Of a stretch of DNA of 64,000 bases, positions 57,299-64,000 are shown piece after piece (position 1 is the first letter of the stretch; the number at the start of each line of letters is the position of its first letter). The notes beneath the pieces are model-generated. The model was not told the DNA's origin, searched no databases, and saw nothing but the letters and a program-made list of their open reading frames with translations. A program made the position numbers and the translations under genes. The stretch spans positions 157,680 to 221,679 of the IMG/VR virus record IMGVR_UViG_3300017971_000190. One strand, given 5' to 3'.

Positions 57299-58929
57299 GA
57301 CTTCTTCTTTACAAACAGTTTAGTCGGTTTTCCAATACGACGTTTTGCAATTCGAGCATACTCTTTATTTAACTCCATACCAATAAAAGTACGATTAAGA
57401 AGGCGAGCTGCTATACCTGTAGTTCCGCTACCACAATACGGATCTAAAACAATATCTCCAGGACGTGACCCGAGAGTAATTAAATAACTCATAAGTGTAA
57501 CGGGTTTTACCGTTGGATGGTGATTTGCCATTTTAGAAGGTGGTTTACCATCAATACGAGATGGTTTTTTCATCCTTCTACCTCTATGCCTAGCAATAGG
57601 ATCGCTTATTTTTTCCGGTAAATCTTCTAAACCAACATTCTTTTCTTTTTTACTAGGTTTAGGAACAATAAGAAAAGGAAAAGTCTTTTGAGCTTTACTA
57701 GGTAAGTCATTTACAAATTTTAAAAACCAAGCATCTAAATCAAAATAACGAGAAAATGAACCAGAATCTCCAATAGTTTCAGCATTGGTTTTCTTGGGCA
57801 TTTTACCACTATATCCTTTTCTATTTCTACGCTTAGTATTGGCTTTCATTTTACCACTAGTTCGTTTAAAACCATCATTTAAACTGTCATCACTTACAAG
57901 AATATTAGCAGGGAAACGACCCTCAGACGACATATAATAATCTACACCGGACCATACATAAGAATCATCGTTGAAATTATTCCCTGGTACACCTATATTA
58001 AGCACTGTTACAAAATCTTTAGTAGGAATTCTACAATCTCCCAACCAAGTACAACCTTTACCATTTACCAAAGCTTGAGTAAGAAATGTCTTAAAGGTGG
58101 TATTTTTGTATGGTTTACTTTCCAGTTTTTTCTTACCGCACCACACTTCATCTTTTAAATCAGGATTAAGAGCCAAACGTCGTTTAACTGTTTTACCAAT
58201 TTTGATATATTTTTTGGACCCGTATTTTTTCTGCAAAGCTGCAATTTGTTTTTTAGTTTTCAGTTTCCTTACGCTAGTGTACCAATAATCCCAACCAATG
58301 CTCTGATAGAGTTGTTCTCTTGTCACTTTTTCGATTGGTTTCATTACGCATAAGATGACTTCTGTGGCGGGTTTGGGTTGGAATCCTCCAAAAGATCCAT
58401 CCAGTTTTTTTGCTTCTGGAGTAGTTGGAATTGTATCGTCTGGTTGATCTTGAACAACTCCAAATTTTGTTTCTCTTTTTTCTTTGTACCGTTTTCCTTT
58501 ATAACCACCTTTTTTAGAATTCGGATTACTAGAGCTTAATCCAGATTTTTTACGTTTTTTATCGGCTTTCTTATCAGCTTCTTTACTAAGATTAGTACCT
58601 TTATTCATTCCTGTAGCAAATGTCCAGTAAAGACTGGTGAAATTGGTTTCAAATCCAGCCTCTTGTAAATTTAAAATCATTTTGCTGAGACAGTCTTGAC
58701 GAGGAATGCATTGTACAAAAGCGAAGCCACCAGGTTTAAGGACTCTAAAACATTCTTTCCAAACTTCAACAGGTGGTACAGCCTTATCCCAAAAAGGTTT
58801 AGATGCCATAAAGTTCAATCCATAAGGTGGATCTGTAACAATTAAGTCTACACAATTTCCAAAAGGAATGGATTTTAATCGCTCTAAACAGTCCCCCTGA
58901 TAAATGTGGTAATGACATTGTAAAGACAT
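57295..58929 (-). CDS. N6A/N4C DNA methyltransferase (beta class)
   Basis: TDPPYG, HPTVKP, LDPYCGSGTT. Confidence 0.92.
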   Translation of the reverse strand: MSLQCHYHIYQGDCLERLKSIPFGNCVDLIVTDPPYGLNFMASKPFWDKAVPPVEVWKECFRVLKPGGFAFVQCIPRQDCLSKMILNLQEAGFETNFTSLYWTFATGMNKGTNLSKEADKKADKKRKKSGLSSSNPNSKKGGYKGKRYKEKRETKFGVVQDQPDDTIPTTPEAKKLDGSFGGFQPKPATEVILCVMKPIEKVTREQLYQSIGWDYWYTSVRKLKTKKQIAALQKKYGSKKYIKIGKTVKRRLALNPDLKDEVWCGKKKLESKPYKNTTFKTFLTQALVNGKGCTWLGDCRIPTKDFVTVLNIGVPGNNFNDDSYVWSGVDYYMSSEGRFPANILVSDDSLNDGFKRTSGKMKANTKRRNRKGYSGKMPKKTNAETIGDSGSFSRYFDLDAWFLKFVNDLPSKAQKTFPFLIVPKPSKKEKNVGLEDLPEKISDPIARHRGRRMKKPSRIDGKPPSKMANHHPTVKPVTLMSYLITLGSRPGDIVLDPYCGSGTTGIAARLLNRTFIGMELNKEYARIAKRRIGKPTKLFVKKKS

Positions 58930-58936
58930 TTAAAAA

Positions 58937-59857
58937 CTAGTCGGCAAAAACTCTGGCAAATATTTCCTCTGGGCTTTTATCACTAGTGAATCCAGAAGCA
59001 GCTTTGTGTCCACCACCTCCAAAATGCTGGGCAAAAGAAGAGACGTCAAAACCATTATCACTAGCTCTCAAACTATAAACGTACTCACCGTCATTTTTCT
59101 GAAACCAACACACTCCCATATCACAACCTTTTACTAAGGCCAACTCTTCTCCAACTTCACTTTGCAGAATAGGACTATTGGCAATCATAACTTTAACAAC
59201 AGAAAAACCAGGAACAGAAGCTGCAACTCCAGGCCACGCTCCAGCTAGTAAAGATTTTTTCTGTTGATCTTGTGACCTTAAAATAGCTGCTCCATAACCA
59301 GAAACAGCATTTGGCAGTGTGGGTTCAGCGTCAGAAGATGTTTTAAGAAAATTTAGAATTTGAATCCAGGTTTCAATGTCTCTAGGCCAACTAGCTAACC
59401 ATGCGTTTACTTCTCTGCTTCCCAATAATTTCCATTGCCACAAATCTCTATCCTGAACGTAACCAACTAATTGTTCAAGAATAGATTTGATTTCTTTAAA
59501 CTCTTTGCTAGCAGCTGTAGGCAAACCTTTTACTAAATCAAATGCGAGTTGTGCTCCACTTCTGTTCATATCAAAAGTGGCAAAATCTAAACCTTCACAA
59601 TTGTTTTTAGCAGTTTCGTGATGATCTAAAACAATAAGATTGGAGGCAATTTCGTTCATGTGCACTAACGTATCTCGTGAATAACTAAAATCGACAATCC
59701 ATATGTCTCTATCTGTAATAACTTCATCTGGAGGAGGATCTTCTCCATATTGAGCAGACATGACTTCTGCTTTTTCACCCAAGCCTAAATAGAGAACAAG
59801 GGCTCCACAAATCCCATCACTACAACCCCGGTGATGTATAATCAAAGATTCTTCCAT
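58937..59857 (-). CDS. DHH/DHHA1 phosphoesterase
   Basis: CSDG, VDFS, LDHH, GGGGHKAASG. Confidence 0.9.
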   Translation of the reverse strand: MEESLIIHHRGCSDGICGALVLYLGLGEKAEVMSAQYGEDPPPDEVITDRDIWIVDFSYSRDTLVHMNEIASNLIVLDHHETAKNNCEGLDFATFDMNRSGAQLAFDLVKGLPTAASKEFKEIKSILEQLVGYVQDRDLWQWKLLGSREVNAWLASWPRDIETWIQILNFLKTSSDAEPTLPNAVSGYGAAILRSQDQQKKSLLAGAWPGVAASVPGFSVVKVMIANSPILQSEVGEELALVKGCDMGVCWFQKNDGEYVYSLRASDNGFDVSSFAQHFGGGGHKAASGFTSDKSPEEIFARVFAD

Positions 59858-60918
59858 TAGACTTTTTTCTTTCGCTTGTATTGTTTAGGAATAGGAACTT
59901 TAACACCTAAACTTTTTCCAATTTTCCTCAAATACCGCCAGCTGCGACCTTTCATCTTGTGGCTTAATCCAGCTTCATCTAAGTAGTCGTCAAGTTGAGC
60001 AAATAATCCAAACTCTATATTTTCTAGATTGCTTGTTCTTTGACGTTTAAACAACTTAGCATTTGGATGATATTTAACATTTGGAGGCAATTCTCCAACA
60101 GCAGCATCTGCGAGAGTTTCGGGTTCAAAATCTATAAAAGCATCTGACGGAATTTCTTCTGGTAATTTTGAACAATGTATAAGCGGTGAGCTAGTAATTG
60201 GAATAATTTCAGGTTCGGTAGGATTATCTGTATCTACTAAAAGAACACCTTTGGGTAATTTTTCATCAAAGCGAGTTTGATGAGGTGAACCACTATACCA
60301 GGCATTGGAGATTATCTTTTGGCACTTGTGAACATCTCCCAAAGCCCAGTAGGTAACTCTTGGAAACAAATTTTCCACAAGTACAATTTGTCCCCCTTTT
60401 TCTTTTACAAAACCTGTATCTGTTTTTGCCCCTCTTAGATATTCATGAAGTACAACCACAATAGGTAAATCATCTTCTGGAATATTTTCTAAGATAGCTT
60501 CAAGCAGTAACCTAAATTCGTTATTAGTCCAGTCTGCAAAAGGGAACAGAATAAAATAACAACCCTTTTTCTTAAAGAAAGAAGGGTAATTATCATAAAC
60601 AAAATGTTTTTTATGTTTTATTTTAGAAAGATAGCTAAGGGACGTATCCCCCAAATCTTCAGATCTATCTTCATGATTTCCGCTTATAGCAATAATAGGA
60701 AGGGGGCATGAACCAAGCCAATCGCTCAATAGTTGCCGTTCAAGGTGAGTAATACTTTTACTATGATAAATATCTCCAGCTACTACAATTAAATCAGCTT
60801 CATGTATAACAGCAATATCAGTTATACTCTGAAGTGTCTTCTCCACCCTCCTTAAAAATCCATCAAATTCTCTAAGGGCATTCAGGTGAATATCCGCCGT
60901 ATGGAGGAAACGAGTCAC
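59857..60918 (-). CDS. sbcD: SbcD/Mre11-like metallophosphoesterase nuclease
   Basis: ADIH, GDIYH, GNHE, LGDVH. Confidence 0.88.
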   Translation of the reverse strand: MTRFLHTADIHLNALREFDGFLRRVEKTLQSITDIAVIHEADLIVVAGDIYHSKSITHLERQLLSDWLGSCPLPIIAISGNHEDRSEDLGDTSLSYLSKIKHKKHFVYDNYPSFFKKKGCYFILFPFADWTNNEFRLLLEAILENIPEDDLPIVVVLHEYLRGAKTDTGFVKEKGGQIVLVENLFPRVTYWALGDVHKCQKIISNAWYSGSPHQTRFDEKLPKGVLLVDTDNPTEPEIIPITSSPLIHCSKLPEEIPSDAFIDFEPETLADAAVGELPPNVKYHPNAKLFKRQRTSNLENIEFGLFAQLDDYLDEAGLSHKMKGRSWRYLRKIGKSLGVKVPIPKQYKRKKKV

Positions 60919-60966
60919 TGAACTTAACCTGTTTAAGATTTAGAAGGAGGGTGGAAAAAGACCTAA

Positions 60967-61296
60967 TTAAAGGTCCCAGCCGCGCACAGTCTTACGACCA
61001 TTACGAAGGGTGCGAAGACACGCTTTTTTGATCATAGCATAAAGCTCATTGGCCAGCCATGCCTCAATATCTTTCTCAGCACGAAGACCGGTAGCTTTCA
61101 GCACTTCCTTAACCTTAGAAGTAGTCACAATTTTAACACCCACGTCTGCTTTCGCTTTCTTAATGCGAGCTTTTACCTGCTTTGCTGTAGGTGCATCACC
61201 AGCAGGAGTTCCAGCTTTCTTGTTTGTACTTCCCTTAGGACGCCCGCGCTTCTTAGGAGCTGCATCTGTTTTCTTTGTTCTCTTCTTTTTTGGCAT
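60967..61296 (-). CDS. bacterial-type histone-fold protein with Lys-rich N-terminal tail and AT-hook
   Basis: C-terminal IVTTSKVKEVLK..GLR..........L..MIKKAC......GRKTVRGWD resembles Bdellovibrio Bd0055 (VVTSKVKKLIK...GRKTVMARD, recalled); RKT-x4-D clamp. Confidence 0.85.
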   Translation of the reverse strand: MPKKKRTKKTDAAPKKRGRPKGSTNKKAGTPAGDAPTAKQVKARIKKAKADVGVKIVTTSKVKEVLKATGLRAEKDIEAWLANELYAMIKKACLRTLRNGRKTVRGWDL

Positions 61297-61325
61297 TTGA
61301 TGTTTCCTTTCGTTGCCAAAGGTTG

Positions 61326-61829
61326 CTACGGTTCAGTTACAATCACAACCTTATTTGATTTTCCGAAGTACGATTTAACAATTTTTCTCACTTCTTTTTT
61401 CCAATTTAAACCACCATTCCCACACCCGGGTTTTGGTAATAACACTCTCCTCCAATTTCTTTTCAATATCAGTTTATTTAACTGTTTACAACTTGTTTCT
61501 ATAAGCTCTAAATCCGCTTTATCTTTCCAGTGATACTTAACAGGAAAGGATACAATATGCCACGGAACAGCCACCAAAAGAGGATCTGTTCTCCTAGGTA
61601 AAGAAAGATAAGGAACCGCAGCATCGTTTTTAGTTAGAACCCTAACTCTGTTTCCTTTTTTACTTAATTTAGTGCCTAGTAACTTTTGTAGACCATACCA
61701 AGAACGAGCCGCTTGAAGTGCGACTCCTCTCCCCATTACTGCACCACCATCTTTTTTAACATCTCCGTTGGTAGTAATAACAATGGCATCCGCTTTTTCG
61801 AGAAACATATTACAACGTTTAATTTTCAT
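61326..61829 (-). CDS. macrodomain (ADP-ribose binding/hydrolase) protein
   Basis: ADAIVITTN..GGAVMGRGVA, IVSFPVK, LPKPGCGNGGLNW. Confidence 0.88.
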   Translation of the reverse strand: MKIKRCNMFLEKADAIVITTNGDVKKDGGAVMGRGVALQAARSWYGLQKLLGTKLSKKGNRVRVLTKNDAAVPYLSLPRRTDPLLVAVPWHIVSFPVKYHWKDKADLELIETSCKQLNKLILKRNWRRVLLPKPGCGNGGLNWKKEVRKIVKSYFGKSNKVVIVTEP

Positions 61830-63145
61830 TAGCTCGCCATTTCTTCTTCTAGTTCTTCATCATTTCTAGTTTGTTTTTTAGAACGTTTTTTCCCTTTTTT
61901 ACCTTGCTTACGTCTGCGTCTACGTAAGTCTCTGTATTCAGATCCTTCTTCTTCTACGCGACGTTGAACCTCTTCCTGATCTATTTCTTCTTCTTCATAT
62001 TCTTCAAAATCTTGATCATAGAAATAATTTTGAGGTCCGTCATGTTGCATATATTCTTCAAATACCCTATCTTTTTTCAAACGCCTGAATAAAAAAGCTC
62101 TAAATTTCGGATTTTCAACATGTTGTCGGAATTTCATCCAACTGAGCTTCTTAGTTTCTTTTTTGGGGAAAACAATTTGACGCAATCCATTACCAGTTAC
62201 TTTAAGATGACCAGTCTTTTTAAGGAAGACTTCAGCATCTAGAGATCTATCTAAACCACGTGCAAGAATAATTCCTAATCCCTCTAAAATCCGGTGAGGC
62301 ATAAATACTTTATTTTTTGTTGTTCTAGCTGTAATCGGAAGAACATCAACTTTGGTTTTATCTTTAACCAGTTTCCGTCTGGTAAGCATTATTTTTTGGT
62401 CAGGATAATACATAAGGGCAGCTCCACCATATTCTTTTTGTGGATTGCCCCATTGACCAATTGCAGTTCTCATTTGATTAGAACCTAGTAAAAGAGCGCC
62501 TTTCCTCTTAAGACGTGGGCGAATCATTTGAAGGAAATTGCTATGCATTCTAGCTTGCGGAGCAATACGACCCTCACCAGTTTCGTCGTCTACTTCTTCA
62601 GAACTCATAGCAGCAAAACTATCTACCAAAAATACAATTTGAGGTGGTTTATTTTCTACCTCTGGGAGGGCTTTTAAAGTAACGAGAATATGTCTGTACA
62701 TTTGTTCACCAAAATCAGGCTGACAATAAAAATAATTCGGGTACTCAATCTTATTACCTGTTTTAGCTGGTGTCCCATTTTTATTAATCTTTGGCAAAAC
62801 AATGCTGTGATCTAGATCGATACCTTGATTACTCATGTAAACCGGATCAGATCCACTTTCAAAATCATAATGAACTACAGTAATAAAATTCATTTGACAA
62901 CTAACAATTAATTCCTGCAATAGTGTACTCTTCCCACAACCTTCTGGCCCGAAAATAGTTACAAATTTTCCTGAAGGAAATCCACCCCCTAAAATTAAAT
63001 CTATAGAAAGGCTACCAGAAGATACAGTATTGTGTACTCGTCTAGCCTCTTTAAGAGGAGCACAATCCAAACCTTTAACAGCTTTAAAAGCATTAATGGC
63101 TGCAATTGCTGGATGAAATGCAAAGACGGGTTTCTTGGCTCCCAT
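61829..63145 (-). CDS. recA: RecA-family recombinase with charged C-terminal extension
   Basis: SLSIDLILGGG, GPEGCGKST, VDSFAAM, NQMR..IG..GNPQ...GG.AL.Y. Confidence 0.92.
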   Translation of the reverse strand: MGAKKPVFAFHPAIAAINAFKAVKGLDCAPLKEARRVHNTVSSGSLSIDLILGGGFPSGKFVTIFGPEGCGKSTLLQELIVSCQMNFITVVHYDFESGSDPVYMSNQGIDLDHSIVLPKINKNGTPAKTGNKIEYPNYFYCQPDFGEQMYRHILVTLKALPEVENKPPQIVFLVDSFAAMSSEEVDDETGEGRIAPQARMHSNFLQMIRPRLKRKGALLLGSNQMRTAIGQWGNPQKEYGGAALMYYPDQKIMLTRRKLVKDKTKVDVLPITARTTKNKVFMPHRILEGLGIILARGLDRSLDAEVFLKKTGHLKVTGNGLRQIVFPKKETKKLSWMKFRQHVENPKFRAFLFRRLKKDRVFEEYMQHDGPQNYFYDQDFEEYEEEEIDQEEVQRRVEEEGSEYRDLRRRRRKQGKKGKKRSKKQTRNDEELEEEMAS

Positions 63146-63168
63146 GAATTTTGTACCTTTTCATTTTG

Positions 63169-63534
63169 TTACGAAACTAATAACTTATAAAGTTCGTCAT
63201 AACTTTTAGTACCGTGATGCCGTGATATTTCTTTCCCAACATAAAAAATTCTTAATTGTGGTAGTATCGAAACAGAAAAGTAATTTAGTATCTCTTCTGA
63301 CTTTACATTTACTGCTACAATTAGATTATTTTGATGGTTTTCTCTAACTAAAAAATTATCAATAACAGTAGTAAAATGTTTACTAATAGGATTATCACTA
63401 AATAAATAAAGAATAAAAGATTCACCTAGCGATGATAAAGCACTTGGAATATACCACGGTACTTCTAAACAAGAACGCTGATGTAAAGTCTTAGCATCAT
63501 TCCAGGTTCCTGTATATTTCCAACTGCGTACCAT
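63169..63534 (-). CDS. thioredoxin-fold protein lacking CxxC
   Basis: VAVNV..FSVSILPQLRIFYVGKEISRHHG matches the C-terminal half of the Trx fold (cis-Pro). Confidence 0.5.
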   Translation of the reverse strand: MVRSWKYTGTWNDAKTLHQRSCLEVPWYIPSALSSLGESFILYLFSDNPISKHFTTVIDNFLVRENHQNNLIVAVNVKSEEILNYFSVSILPQLRIFYVGKEISRHHGTKSYDELYKLLVS

Positions 63535-63567
63535 CGCCAGTAATCTGGTTCTTTTATCTACAAATTA

Positions 63568-63762
63568 TTATCGTTTGATTGAAAGCAGTATCGTGTTTAA
63601 ATCCACACAAGGAGCTAACCAGATACACTTTTTGCACCGTGGTTTTTCACGATAATAACCATAGCAAGTTGGACTATTTCTTGCGCTTCTTTTTAGTTTT
63701 CTTATTTTTGCTGCCCTTTGGACGTCCACGCTTTTTCGGAGCTGCCTTTTTCTTTTTGGCAT
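63568..63762 (-). CDS. candidate small Cys4 protein overlapping the poly-Asp gene in another frame
   Basis: MPKRKRQ...CYGYYREKPRCKKCIWLAPC; weak SD. Confidence 0.4.
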   Translation of the reverse strand: MPKRKRQLRKSVDVQRAAKIRKLKRSARNSPTCYGYYREKPRCKKCIWLAPCVDLNTILLSIKR

Positions 63763-64000
63763 CTTTGCGCTTCTTACTATACCTACGTTTCTTAGGCGCT
63801 GGTTCTTCGTCATCATCGTCGTCGTCATCATCATCGTCATCATCGTCATCATCATCATCATCATCGTCGTCATCGTCGTCGTCATCATCGTCGTCATCAT
63901 CGTCGTCATCATCGTCGTCATCATCGTCGTCATCATCGTCATCATCGTCGTCATCATCGTCGTCATCATCGTCGTCATCATCGTCGTCATCATCGTCGTC
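63674..64000 (-). CDS. C-terminal part of a poly-Asp/AT-hook protein (5' end outside window)
   Basis: Manual translation: D64-EEPAPKKRRYSKKRKDAKKKKAAPKKRGRPKGSKNKKTKKKRKK-stop (TAG at 63674). The supplied MMTT.. ORF is a shadow frame. Confidence 0.85.
   Translation of the reverse strand, partial: DDDDDDDDDDDDDDDDDDDDDDDDDDDDDDDDDDDDDDDDDDDDDDDDDDDDDDDDDDDDDDDDEEPAPKKRRYSKKRKDAKKKKAAPKKRGRPKGSKNKKTKKKRKK
63809..64000 (-). repeat. GAY codon repeat encoding at least 64 consecutive Asp
   Basis: Uninterrupted mixed gtc/atc triplets up to the window edge. Confidence 0.95.

Noticed and set aside
1328-62488. Numerous short plus-strand ORFs in the track
   Set aside because: All lie antisense to longer, motif-bearing minus-strand genes; only 47345..48346 occupies its own space.
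63568-63993. Supplied 141-aa MMTT-rich ORF (likewise 51336..51539, 18419..18628, 18731..18922)
   Set aside because: Off-frame readings of GAY/GAR acidic tracts; only the Cys-containing 3' end of the 63568 ORF is retained as a candidate.
580-64000. Basic runs as nuclear localisation signals, implying a eukaryotic virus
   Set aside because: Strong SD sites, overlapping operonic genes, a sigma70-type promoter, and bacterial RecA, DnaX and SLT indicate a bacterial host.
1-64000. Stop-codon reassignment
   Set aside because: Long ORFs tile the window under the standard code, and TAA, TAG (27305) and TGA (28434) all serve as stops.
1-64000. tRNA, rRNA, integrase, transposase, intron or intein
   Set aside because: No intergenic gap shows a cloverleaf, and I saw no such catalytic motifs or intein C-terminal HN-[CST] junctions in TerL, RecA or DnaX. 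A covariance-model scan was not run.

Overview
A 64-kb gene-dense segment (GC roughly 38%, estimated by eye) of a large tailed bacteriophage genome (Caudoviricetes, probably jumbo). About 70 CDS lie on the minus strand and one on the plus strand. It uses the standard code and strong Shine-Dalgarno sites. In transcription order (right to left) there are four blocks. (1) Replication/recombination/'chromatin', 64-48 kb: poly-Asp/AT-hook protein, RecA, macrodomain, a tailed bacterial-type histone, SbcD/Mre11, DHH phosphoesterase, DNA methyltransferase, DnaX, SbcC/Rad50, an acidic-basic protein, ATP-dependent ligase and a multi-AT-hook protein. (2) A lone plus-strand degenerate capsid-like gene and a sigma-region-4/Zn-finger regulator. 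(3) Fibre/decoration-like genes, a patatin phospholipase, a degenerate nucleotidyltransferase and an SLT lysin. (4) Head module (TerL, portal, scaffold-like protein, prohead protease), followed by about 16 kb of modular acidic proteins tagged with a recurrent (M-L)-Arg-run-x-Ala motif. The two strongest candidate systems are a phage 'chromatin toolkit' and an Arg-leader capsid-targeting/cleavage system with fused cargo genes that keep internal start sites. All family assignments come from motifs recognised by eye; no database search was run.
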